DNA from: an uncultured Actinomycetota bacterium
Lineage (GTDB): Bacteria > Actinomycetota > Humimicrobiia > Humimicrobiales > Humimicrobiaceae
Assembly: GCA_964578625.1 (NCBI GenBank)
Contig: CAZODQ010000002.1
Coordinates: 22,036 to 86,035 of the forward strand
DNA: 64,000 nt
Reading direction: 5' to 3'
A program made the position numbers and the translations under genes. This document shows, piece after piece, positions 48,764-58,000 of this stretch. Within the stretch, counting starts at the first letter, position 1; each line of letters starts with the position of its first letter. Below the pieces are notes generated by a model. That model made no database searches and was not told where the DNA came from. It saw only the letters and a program-made list of their open reading frames with translations.

Positions 48764-50042
48764 AATCGCCTGCTCCTATGATTTCCATTACTTTTTCTCT
48801 CTGTGTTTTCCAGTTAATTCTATATTGTCTAAAGCTTTTTATATCCTTAATAGTAAGACTATTACTTTTTATCTCATCTTCTCCTATTATGATGATAAAA
48901 TTATAATCATTTTTTTCAGCCCATTTTATCTCGTTCTTAAGATTTCTATTCTTAAAACTAATATCACATATTACTTCATTCTCTCTAAGGTATTTTAATA
49001 TATTTAGTAAATAATTCTGGCAATTTTCATCCATTGCTATTAAATAGATCCTGGGTTTATCGGCCGTCCTTTTTACTTTTATGCCCAGCTGTTTCATTAA
49101 CACAATCGTCCTGTCAATACCTGCTGCAAAGCCTACAGCAGGAAGATCCGGCCCGCCTAATTGACTTATTAGATCATCATACCTGCCTCCGCCTCCAAGG
49201 GCATTTTGAGCACTCATTAAGTCCTCTGATATCATTTCAAATATGGTCCTGGTATAATAATCAAAACCTCTTACAAGTCCTGTATCGATTTTGTATTCTA
49301 TTTTAAGCTCTTTAAGATATCCTAAGACTTCTTCAAAATTTTTCCTGCATTCAGAACATAAAAAAGAAGATATATCAGGAGCTTCTGCGATAATTCTCAT
49401 ACAGCTGCTTTTTTTACAGTCAAATATCCTTAAGGGATTTTTCTTTAACCTTTCGCGGCAGTCACTGCATAATTTTTCCACATCAGATTCTTTAAGATTT
49501 TTTTTAAATTCTCTTATAAATTCACTCCTGCACTTTTTACACCCTATACTATTGATAGCCAATACCAGTTTTTTAAATCCCAGTTTTTTATATATTAAAT
49601 TTAAAATCCAGATGACTTCTGCATCTAAAACCGGATTATCCGATCCTATTGATTCCACTCCAAGCTGCCAGAATTCTCTCATCCTTCCTTTCTGCGGCCG
49701 TTCATACCTGAACATATTACCTATATAAAACATTTTTAGCGGCATGCTCCCGGAATAAAATTTATTCTCCACTACTGATCTTATTATTGATGCAGTACCT
49801 TCAGGACGCAGTGTCAAAGACCTTCCCTTTCTGTCTGGGAAAGTATACATTTCCTTCTGGACTATATCAGTACCTTCACCTATGCTCCTGCTGAAAACTT
49901 CTGTATACTCGAATGCAGGGGTTATTATCTCCCTGTAGTTAAAAATCTTAAATATCCCGCGAGCAGTATTTATAACAAAATTCCTGTAATCGATATTTTC
50001 TCCATAGATATCACTCGTACCCCTGGGTGAACTTACTTTCAA
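48756..50042 (-). CDS. hisS: Histidine--tRNA ligase
   Basis: 428 aa with PRGTSDIYG, LRPEGTASIIR, MFRYERPQKGRMREFWQ and GGGGRYD motifs. Overlaps aspS by 8 nt. Confidence 0.96.
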   Translation of the reverse strand: MKVSSPRGTSDIYGENIDYRNFVINTARGIFKIFNYREIITPAFEYTEVFSRSIGEGTDIVQKEMYTFPDRKGRSLTLRPEGTASIIRSVVENKFYSGSMPLKMFYIGNMFRYERPQKGRMREFWQLGVESIGSDNPVLDAEVIWILNLIYKKLGFKKLVLAINSIGCKKCRSEFIREFKKNLKESDVEKLCSDCRERLKKNPLRIFDCKKSSCMRIIAEAPDISSFLCSECRKNFEEVLGYLKELKIEYKIDTGLVRGFDYYTRTIFEMISEDLMSAQNALGGGGRYDDLISQLGGPDLPAVGFAAGIDRTIVLMKQLGIKVKRTADKPRIYLIAMDENCQNYLLNILKYLRENEVICDISFKNRNLKNEIKWAEKNDYNFIIIIGEDEIKSNSLTIKDIKSFRQYRINWKTQREKVMEIIGAGDYG

Positions 50043-50067
50043 CCAAAATCACCTTTTTCTTTAAATC

Positions 50068-50697
50068 TTAATCCCTTAAAAAAAACTTTTGTAAATAATA
50101 ATTTGTTTCAATTTCACATTCTAAACTACTGTCCGGCCCGTGACCAGGATATATAACCGATTTTTTATCCATTTTTTTTATCCTGACCAATGATTCCTTT
50201 ATCTGCTTCATGCTTCCGCCCGGCAGATCGGTCCTGCCTATTGCACCCTTAAACAGCAGATCCCCGGTAAAAATACAATTTCCTGCCTTAAGTATTATGC
50301 TTCCCGGAGTATGACCGGGTGTATTGATAATCTCAACTCCTAATTCCTTAAAATAGCTGTAATCATTATTTTTTATAAGATTATAAGTTTTTAATGATAA
50401 TTCATTTTCACTAAAAAATGAAGAAATATTCTTCTCGGGGTCTGTAATAATCGTTTCCTCAAATTCATGGATATAGAAGGGTATCTTATAGTATGAAATT
50501 ATATCCGTAACTGCACCGATATGATCGTAGTGACCGTGGGTATTCAATATAAAATCCGGCTTTATGTTCTCGCATTCAAGGTATTTCTGAATAACATCAA
50601 AATCTGCACCAGGATCTATCATTATATTTGCCCTGTCCAAAGACAATATATAACAATTTACCTTAAAGAATCCTAATTCCAATTTTTTTATCTTCAA
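50068..50697 (-). CDS. MBL-fold metallo-hydrolase (glyoxalase II-like)
   Basis: 209 aa with the HxHxDH motif THGHYDHIG, plus TPGHTPGS and a C-terminal PGHG. Confidence 0.88.
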   Translation of the reverse strand: MKIKKLELGFFKVNCYILSLDRANIMIDPGADFDVIQKYLECENIKPDFILNTHGHYDHIGAVTDIISYYKIPFYIHEFEETIITDPEKNISSFFSENELSLKTYNLIKNNDYSYFKELGVEIINTPGHTPGSIILKAGNCIFTGDLLFKGAIGRTDLPGGSMKQIKESLVRIKKMDKKSVIYPGHGPDSSLECEIETNYYLQKFFLRD

Positions 50698-50706
50698 TAT
50701 CCGATT

Positions 50707-52932
50707 TTACTTTCTTGGTAATATTCTAAAAGCATCATAAACCGAATCTACCATTTTTATATTATCAATAACATCTTTTAAAATATACTTATTGCTGATC
50801 TCTATTAAAAATCTAAATTTGACATGTCCTTTTTTATCTATATTCAGTGATTGGGCCCTCAGTATATTTATGTCATACTCACTTATTATATTTGTGATAT
50901 CCCTGAGCAGTTTGGTCCTGTCCAGAGCTTCTATCTGTATTTCAGTGTTAAATTTATACGGAGCCTTCTTATCCCACTCAACATCGATGAATCTCTGCTT
51001 TTCGGAACTCATTAAAGTATTGATGTTATTGCAGTCCATCCTGTGTACTGAAATACCTTTTCCCCTTGTGATATACCCAATAATACTATCTCCCGGAACA
51101 GGATTGCAGCACTTGGCAATAGTTACCAGCACTTCTTCCATTCCTTTTACCCTGACGCCGTTGCTCTTTTTTTCTTCAGCTTCTTTTCTGTGTATATCCT
51201 CAACAGCCAGCTCCTTTTTGGGTTCTTTCTGGCTTAATTTTTTTATTACCCTGGTAAAGACCTGATGTGCCGAAACTTTATGTGTACCGATACTTCTGAA
51301 CAGCGCATCCATCTTATTAAAATTCATTTCTCTTGCTACTTCTTCAAAGATTTCTGCGGATATATTTTTAAAGGAAAGGCCGTTCTTCCTCAAGACTTTT
51401 AACATTATATCCCTGCCGATATTATAGGTTTCCTGCCTCTGCTCCTTGCTGAACCACTGCTTTATTTTATTTCTTGCTCTTGAAGTTTTAACTACATTAA
51501 GCCAGTCCCTGCTTGGTCCTTTTTTTGTTCTTGAAACGATTATTTCAACAATATCACCATTCTGAAGAACAGTCTCAATAGGAGCCATGCTTCCGTTTAT
51601 TTTTGACCCTATTGTATTATGGCCGATATCAGTATGTACCTGGTATGCAAAATCAATTGTAGTCGCACCTCTCGGTAGATTTACCACCCTTCCCTTAGGG
51701 GTGAACACAAATACTTCTTCTTCAAATAAATCAAGTTTGAGAGATTCCATATAATCCTGGGGGTCCTTAAGTTCCTTTTGCCAGTCAAGCACCTGCCTTA
51801 TCCATGCTACTCTTTTATCGAATTCACTTGCTTTTTTAAGACTGCCTTCTTTATATTTATAATGTGCCGAAATACCATATTCCGCAAATTTATGCATCTC
51901 AAATGTCCTTATCTGTATTTCCAGGGGTTTGCCTTTTTCTCCAATGACAGTGGTGTGAAGAGATTGATACATATTAAATTTAGGATTGGCGATAAAATCT
52001 TTAAACCTTCCCGGCACCGGCTTCCATAGTGAATGTATTATTCCAAGCACTTCATAACAACTTTTAACATCGTTTACTATAATCCTGATTGCAATTATGT
52101 CATAAATATCTTCAAACTTTCTATTCTGTTTTATGATCTTATTGTAGGCACTATAATAAGTCTTGATCCTCCCGCTTATATCTGCCGATATTTTTACTTC
52201 TCTCAACTTCCTGTTCACTATTTTTATTGCCCCGTCAATTAAAGATTTCCTTTTCTCTATTTTGTCATCGAACATTTTCTTTATTTTTTCATACTCTCTT
52301 GGATATAAATATTTAAAACTTAAATTTTCTAATTCCGATTTTATTTGATATATCCCCAATCTATGGGCAATAGGTGCATAGACTTCCAGGGTCTCCATTG
52401 AATTTTTAAGTCTCTTCTCTTCAGTCAACGGAAATAAAGTCCTCATATTGTGAAGCCTGTCAGCAAGTTTTACTAATATTATTCTTACGTCTTCGGACAT
52501 GGCTATTATCATTTTCCTTATATTACTTACCTGCTGTTCTTCTTTACTGTCAAAAACTAATTTATCCAATTTTGTAACGCCATCTATAATATCTGCGATC
52601 TTTTGTCCAAATTCTTTCTTTGCCATTTCCAGGCTGTAATCTGTATCTTCTATCACATCATGCAAAATCGCGGATATTATAGACGTCTGATCCAACTCAA
52701 TATCTGCCAGTATTACTGCTACCTCCAGAGGATGGACCACAAAAGGTTCACCCGACTTTCTGTATTGATCCTTATGGTATTTTTTTGAAACCTGATAAGC
52801 CTTAAATAACAGTTGTTCATTTACACCAGGATTATATGACTTGATCTTTTTTAATAGTCTTTTATATATTAGATCAGTATTTATTTTTCTAACTTTATTG
52901 TTTAAATTTAGATCCATTTTATTTAATATCAT
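50707..52932 (-). CDS. relA: Bifunctional (p)ppGpp synthetase/hydrolase RelA/SpoT (Rel)
   Basis: 741 aa, with HD domain HPLEVAVILA...LHDVIEDT, synthetase domain YRSLHTTV-like (YQSLHTTVIG), and TGS and ACT C-terminal regions. Confidence 0.96.
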   Translation of the reverse strand: MILNKMDLNLNNKVRKINTDLIYKRLLKKIKSYNPGVNEQLLFKAYQVSKKYHKDQYRKSGEPFVVHPLEVAVILADIELDQTSIISAILHDVIEDTDYSLEMAKKEFGQKIADIIDGVTKLDKLVFDSKEEQQVSNIRKMIIAMSEDVRIILVKLADRLHNMRTLFPLTEEKRLKNSMETLEVYAPIAHRLGIYQIKSELENLSFKYLYPREYEKIKKMFDDKIEKRKSLIDGAIKIVNRKLREVKISADISGRIKTYYSAYNKIIKQNRKFEDIYDIIAIRIIVNDVKSCYEVLGIIHSLWKPVPGRFKDFIANPKFNMYQSLHTTVIGEKGKPLEIQIRTFEMHKFAEYGISAHYKYKEGSLKKASEFDKRVAWIRQVLDWQKELKDPQDYMESLKLDLFEEEVFVFTPKGRVVNLPRGATTIDFAYQVHTDIGHNTIGSKINGSMAPIETVLQNGDIVEIIVSRTKKGPSRDWLNVVKTSRARNKIKQWFSKEQRQETYNIGRDIMLKVLRKNGLSFKNISAEIFEEVAREMNFNKMDALFRSIGTHKVSAHQVFTRVIKKLSQKEPKKELAVEDIHRKEAEEKKSNGVRVKGMEEVLVTIAKCCNPVPGDSIIGYITRGKGISVHRMDCNNINTLMSSEKQRFIDVEWDKKAPYKFNTEIQIEALDRTKLLRDITNIISEYDINILRAQSLNIDKKGHVKFRFLIEISNKYILKDVIDNIKMVDSVYDAFRILPRK

Positions 52933-52953
52933 TATAAAACATTTTCAATTTCT

Positions 52954-54684
52954 CTAAAATAAATCTATTATTACCAGCTGTACAATATTCAGGTCATCCC
53001 ATTTATCCTTTCTTATTTTGTACAGTATAGTTATTTTATTACCTGCTATCATCTTTCCCTTGACTTTTTCACTTATTCCGAATATTACAGCATCTAATAA
53101 CACCCCTGAATTTTCTAATTTTAATTTTACATGTCTACCTTCTGATAAATAACAAAAATTCGATATAGTGCAGTCTCCAGTTACAAAATTTGGTTCAGGA
53201 TTGCCTTTCCCGAAAGGTCTTATTAGTTCTAACTCGTGCAGTACTTTTTCATCTATATCTTTAAAGCTTATTTCGATATCATAAAAATATTTCTTTTCAG
53301 TATCATCGTCTTTTATTTTTTCACAGGCAATATTTAGCATCCTTTTATAGAAAACTTCAAAATTCATAGTCTTCATCCTTAACCCACATGCTGTCCTATG
53401 GCCTCCAAAATTATCAAACAATTCACTTATGGAAATCAAACTTTCATACAAATTAAAATTATCCGTACTTCTGCCAGAACCTTTAAGTCCGTCTTTAATC
53501 TCTTTAAACAAAATTGCAGGTATATTAAATTTCTTTACAATATCAGAAGCCACTATTCCCAGTACTCCCTCATTCCAGTCTTTTGATTTATCTATAAATA
53601 TTTTCTTTTCTTTTACGATTTTACTAAAATCATTATCTTCAATTATTTCATCCAGTATATTTTTTTGGGTTTTTTGTCTTTTTTCATTAAAAGAATTAAG
53701 ATCATTTAATATTTTTCCTTTATCGCCCTCTTCAGTGTTTAGAAGATCAAAACTGCTCTTTGCATTCCTGATCCTCCCAGCCGCATTCAGCCTAGGAGCT
53801 ATTATAAATCCGACATCATACTCGCTTATATTCTCCTTATCTTTTATTAATGTTTTCACCATTTCCATAAGCCCGGGATTTTTAGTTTTATTAATCAAAC
53901 TCAGTCCCTTTTTTACCATCATCCTGTTTTCATCGACCAGTGGCATCAGATCCGAAATAGTTGAAACAGTAACAAGATCAAGAAGATTGGTCAGATAATC
54001 TTTTTCGAATCCACATTTAAATGAATTATCTAACTCTCTTAATGCAGCTATAATAAATTTAAAAGTTACTCCGGCACCACTTAGATATTTGAATGGATAT
54101 TTTGAATCTTTAATGCCGGGATTGATTATAATATAATCTTTCCGATTACTGTCATAGTCAACAGACTGTTTGTGGTGGTCGCATACTATGACATCTGGAC
54201 CGGGATTACAGCTTAAGAATTCCATGACTTCCGAACTGTTTGTACCACAGTCTACACAGATCAATAGACTGTACCTTTTTTCAGTGGATATTTTTTTATA
54301 AAAAACAAGACTGAGGTCGTAGCCTTCTACAAATCTGTCCGGGATATAAACCTCAACATCAAGTTTCAACTTTCTTAAGAAATTATACATCAGAGCAGTG
54401 CTGATAATACCGTCCGCATCATAATCTCCAAATATTAATATACGTTCTTTGCTATATATTGCCTCTATTAGCCTTTTTACACCCTTTTTTATACCGGGGA
54501 GCATACCGGGATCATGTAATTTTTTTAATTCTGGATTTAAAAAGGATATTATCTCTTCTTTAGTGATTATATTTCTGCCAGCAAGTATATTAATCAAAAT
54601 ATGGCTGTAATCAATATTTTCTGACAACTTCCTGTCAGTTTTTTTTATACTCCTTTGCTGCCAGCAGGTAGGGAAAATTGTCAT
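52954..54684 (-). CDS. recJ: Single-stranded-DNA-specific exonuclease RecJ
   Basis: 576 aa with DHH motifs IFGDYDADGI, CVDCG, VCDHH and the DHHA1 motif GGHRTACG. Confidence 0.95.
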   Translation of the reverse strand: MTIFPTCWQQRSIKKTDRKLSENIDYSHILINILAGRNIITKEEIISFLNPELKKLHDPGMLPGIKKGVKRLIEAIYSKERILIFGDYDADGIISTALMYNFLRKLKLDVEVYIPDRFVEGYDLSLVFYKKISTEKRYSLLICVDCGTNSSEVMEFLSCNPGPDVIVCDHHKQSVDYDSNRKDYIIINPGIKDSKYPFKYLSGAGVTFKFIIAALRELDNSFKCGFEKDYLTNLLDLVTVSTISDLMPLVDENRMMVKKGLSLINKTKNPGLMEMVKTLIKDKENISEYDVGFIIAPRLNAAGRIRNAKSSFDLLNTEEGDKGKILNDLNSFNEKRQKTQKNILDEIIEDNDFSKIVKEKKIFIDKSKDWNEGVLGIVASDIVKKFNIPAILFKEIKDGLKGSGRSTDNFNLYESLISISELFDNFGGHRTACGLRMKTMNFEVFYKRMLNIACEKIKDDDTEKKYFYDIEISFKDIDEKVLHELELIRPFGKGNPEPNFVTGDCTISNFCYLSEGRHVKLKLENSGVLLDAVIFGISEKVKGKMIAGNKITILYKIRKDKWDDLNIVQLVIIDLF

Positions 54685-54686
54685 AA

Positions 54687-55592
54687 TTATTTTTTATACT
54701 TTGGGAACCTGTTATTCCATGCCACTAAAATAGGACTGGCAAAAAATATAGAGGAATATGTTCCGCTTATTATTCCGACAGTAAGTGCAAGTGCAAAATC
54801 TTTCAAAGCTGAAGTACCTAATATAAGAAGTAAAATTACAGGGAACAATGTAGTAATAGAAGTATTTATTGATCTTGAAAGTGTTACATTTACAGAGTCA
54901 TTTACCACTCTGCTGTATCCTAATCTTCCTGTCAGTGGGGTATTTTCTCTTATCCTGTCAAATACGACAATGGTATCATTCAATGAATAACCTATTATTG
55001 TAAGAATTGCTGCAATAGTAGAAGTATTTATCTCCCGGTTCAAAATTGCATACATACCGAGGGTGACCATTACATCATGAAACAGAGCCAGGATCGCTGC
55101 TGCGCCAAATCTAAACTCAAACCTTATCCATACGTATATTAAAATTCCTACTATGCTAATTGCGATGGCTTTTAAAGCGTTATTCGTTATCTGCTTGCCG
55201 AAGCCGGGGTCCACGTGCCTGTCCTGCAGCGGTTCTCCCGTCACTCCGATGTTTTCATTCAAAGAATCAAGTATTTCATTTTTTTCTTCAGTGCTGATAG
55301 GGGTGGTCCTAATTATGAATCTATTGGATTCTGACTGCGTCAGGTCAGTTTCTACCCTCTGCAGTATCACATTGCTGTAACCCAGTTCATTCATGATCTC
55401 CCGTATTTCAGAAACATCTACATTCCTTTCAAATTCCACTTCCAGCAGTGAACCGCCGCGAAAATCTATGCCCAGATTAAAGCCGCCCCTTAAAAAATAA
55501 CCGGCAATGCCTATTACTATCACTACAAGCGATAAAATGAACCAAATTTTCCTTTTTCCTATAAAATCGAAATTAATATTTCTGAATCTCAA
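54687..55592 (-). CDS. secF: Protein translocase subunit SecF
   Basis: 301 aa with GIDFRGGS and a six-TM pattern. Directly follows secD. Confidence 0.95.
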   Translation of the reverse strand: MRFRNINFDFIGKRKIWFILSLVVIVIGIAGYFLRGGFNLGIDFRGGSLLEVEFERNVDVSEIREIMNELGYSNVILQRVETDLTQSESNRFIIRTTPISTEEKNEILDSLNENIGVTGEPLQDRHVDPGFGKQITNNALKAIAISIVGILIYVWIRFEFRFGAAAILALFHDVMVTLGMYAILNREINTSTIAAILTIIGYSLNDTIVVFDRIRENTPLTGRLGYSRVVNDSVNVTLSRSINTSITTLFPVILLLILGTSALKDFALALTVGIISGTYSSIFFASPILVAWNNRFPKYKK

Positions 55593-55595
55593 GTA

Positions 55596-57227
55596 TTATT
55601 CACTTCTCCTTATTCTTACCCCTAAAAATCCGGGCGTTACTATCCTTGATGAACCCGACATTAAAAATAAAAAAGATCTGGTAAACAATAGGCTGATTAT
55701 CATACTTATTACCACACCTAAGCTTAATGTGACCGCAAAACCCTTTATTGGTCCAGTACCGAATCTATACAGAGCTGCTGCAGTTATCAATGTGGTCACA
55801 TTAGAGTCCACAATAGTCCTAAGTGCATGCTTAAATCCGTCTCCAATGGCAACCCTTGGAGATTTTTCTTTCACTATCTCTTCTTTTATTCTTTCAAAAA
55901 TAATAACATTGGCATCCACAGCCATACCTATGGTAAGTATTATTCCTGCAATTCCCGGTAATGTAAGAGCTGCGTCAATTCCAGCAATAATACCCCAGAA
56001 CAATACGATATAGATTATAAGACTTATAGTAGAGACAAATCCCAGCCCCCGGTAATAAGAAATCATAAATGCAACTATCAATATAAGTCCTGCTATTCCT
56101 GCATATAAGCCCTTATTTAATGAATCTCTGCCAAGAGTTGGGCCAACGGTACTGCTTTCTTCCAGTTGAAGATTTACTGGTAATGCTCCGGTCTGCAAGA
56201 CTATCTCTATACTTTTTGCTTCTTCTAATGTGGGTATATTATCAATCTGCGCATTTCCATTTGAAATTGGAACAGTAAAAACAGGCGCAGACTTAATTTC
56301 ATCATCAAGTACTATTGCCAATTTCTTTCCAATATTTTCAGAACTGATCTTAGCAAATTTATCAATTCCCTCTCCCTTAAAATTCAATTTAACTATTATT
56401 TCGCCATAATTATCATAACCAGCAGCAGCATTTGCCAGATCTTCATCTCCTGTTAGAAGTACAGGCCCGACAAGTGTTGCCGCCCCTGATCTGGAATCTA
56501 CCAGTACTTCTCCGGTAGTATCTCCACTTTCATAATCAACCAACTGCAGTTCTCTTGTCTCCTGGTTGTATATTAATTTTCCTATTATCTTATCAGGTTC
56601 AATTTCGGTACCGGTATTAGAGCTCTCCTCTCCATCTCCGCCTTCAGAATTTCCTGCCTGATTGCTTTCAGTTTCATATTTAACCAGCAGCATTTCTCCA
56701 GTCTTAGGCTCAGTTAAAAGCTCCCCAACTATATTATATGTTCCCCCTGCTGATAATGAACTTATATCATCAATCAATAAAACCTGTTCGGAATCTTGAT
56801 TGATTACCAACTGCCCCGTTTCATAATCAAACCCTACTAAATCCCATTTCTGTTCGCTTAATGAAATAAAAGTACCCTTGACCAGCCTGAATTCAAGCCT
56901 GGCAGTCTTGCCTATTATTTCCTTTGCCGTATCGGGATCTTTTACACCCGGCAGCTGTACCACAATATTATTTGATAGGTCTTTTGTAACAAGTGGTTCC
57001 GAAACACCAAGTCTGTCTATCCTTTTCATTATAGTATCTATAGTAAGTTCGATCTTGGATTCAGAGATTTCCTCCTCACCGCTCTGAACGGGCTTTAAAA
57101 TAATCTGTGTTCCGCCTTTAAGATCAAGACCCAGATTAATAGGTTCAGTAAGTATGTAGTACAGACTTACACCTACTATTATTATGAATATTATAATAAT
57201 AGTTACATGAATTTTCTTATTTCTCAT
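55596..57227 (-). CDS. secD: Protein translocase subunit SecD (enlarged periplasmic head domain)
   Basis: 543 aa with LGLDLKGGT, and a C-terminal TM bundle with LTLPGIAGIILTIGMAVDANVIIFERIKEE. Contains an acidic, Gly/Ser-rich insert (...NQAGNSEGGDGEESSNTGTE...). Confidence 0.95.
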   Translation of the reverse strand: MRNKKIHVTIIIIFIIIVGVSLYYILTEPINLGLDLKGGTQIILKPVQSGEEEISESKIELTIDTIMKRIDRLGVSEPLVTKDLSNNIVVQLPGVKDPDTAKEIIGKTARLEFRLVKGTFISLSEQKWDLVGFDYETGQLVINQDSEQVLLIDDISSLSAGGTYNIVGELLTEPKTGEMLLVKYETESNQAGNSEGGDGEESSNTGTEIEPDKIIGKLIYNQETRELQLVDYESGDTTGEVLVDSRSGAATLVGPVLLTGDEDLANAAAGYDNYGEIIVKLNFKGEGIDKFAKISSENIGKKLAIVLDDEIKSAPVFTVPISNGNAQIDNIPTLEEAKSIEIVLQTGALPVNLQLEESSTVGPTLGRDSLNKGLYAGIAGLILIVAFMISYYRGLGFVSTISLIIYIVLFWGIIAGIDAALTLPGIAGIILTIGMAVDANVIIFERIKEEIVKEKSPRVAIGDGFKHALRTIVDSNVTTLITAAALYRFGTGPIKGFAVTLSLGVVISMIISLLFTRSFLFLMSGSSRIVTPGFLGVRIRRSE

Positions 57228-57233
57228 ATTTTT

Positions 57234-57665
57234 TTATTGAGATGTTTTTTTGGAAACAGCACTTTTACTTACTTTTACATCTACGCCGCTGGCAATAGTA
57301 ATAATAATTGCATCATCTCTTATATCCTTGATGCGGCCATGAAATCCTCCTATTGTTACTACTTCATCACCTCTCTGCAGATTTGACATTAAATCCTGAG
57401 CCTTTTTTGATCTCACTCTCTGCGGTCTTATTAACAGGAAATAGAACGCCACAACAAGAATTCCCAGCCAGATCCATGTTCCATAGCTTGAAAATATATT
57501 AGCAAATGTTCCGGTCTGTTCTGTTTCAGTTCCTGCTGCTGCTCCACCTTCATCGGTTGTTGTAGTTGTTGTTGGAAGACATGCAACAGCCAAAGATCCG
57601 ATACTTATTATCAATATACTGACAATCAATATACTAATAATCTTTTTAGATAACCTCATGATCAC
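57234..57665 (-). CDS. yajC: Preprotein translocase subunit YajC with an N-terminal signal/lipoprotein-like extension of about 55 aa
   Basis: The C-terminal 85 aa match YajC (WIWLGILVVAFYFLLIRPQRVRSKK ... GDEVVTIGGFHGRIKDI). The N-terminus adds a second hydrophobic segment ending in VAC plus a Thr/Gly/Ala-rich linker. Confidence 0.88.
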   Translation of the reverse strand: MIMRLSKKIISILIVSILIISIGSLAVACLPTTTTTTDEGGAAAGTETEQTGTFANIFSSYGTWIWLGILVVAFYFLLIRPQRVRSKKAQDLMSNLQRGDEVVTIGGFHGRIKDIRDDAIIITIASGVDVKVSKSAVSKKTSQ

Positions 57666-58000
57666 TCCTTAGAAATAATTACTTTTATAAAAATTAAAAA
57701 TATTACTATTATTAACTTTTTTTAAAATTTTGCAAATGCTTATTTATCAATTATTTTAACCTAAGCTATTTTAGTATACAACAAATATGTTTATAAGAAG
57801 ACCTGAAATTTTAATCTTTAAAAATTAATATGAATTGGAGTTTTTTATTAAGAAAAAGCCTCTTTTTTTTATATAAAATAATTAAATAAATAATTATTAA
57901 AATATTTATTGTATATATTAATAATAGTTTATATAATAGTATAAAATTATTTTTTATTAGATTGTTTAATAAAATAATATTATATAAATTATAGCTAAAA

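Noticed and set aside
53429-53998. 189-aa plus-strand ORF, plus similar antisense ORFs at 1426-1785, 15070-15483, 18814-19290, 37705-38118, 47463-47891, 49291-49728, 50792-51265 and 55507-56013
   Set aside because: All lie entirely inside, and antisense to, strongly supported conserved genes (recJ, GH127, M20 peptidase, recN, pilC, aspS, hisS, relA, secD). Their translations are Ser/Leu/Phe/Ile-rich shadow-frame products typical of the complementary strand of AT-rich coding sequence.
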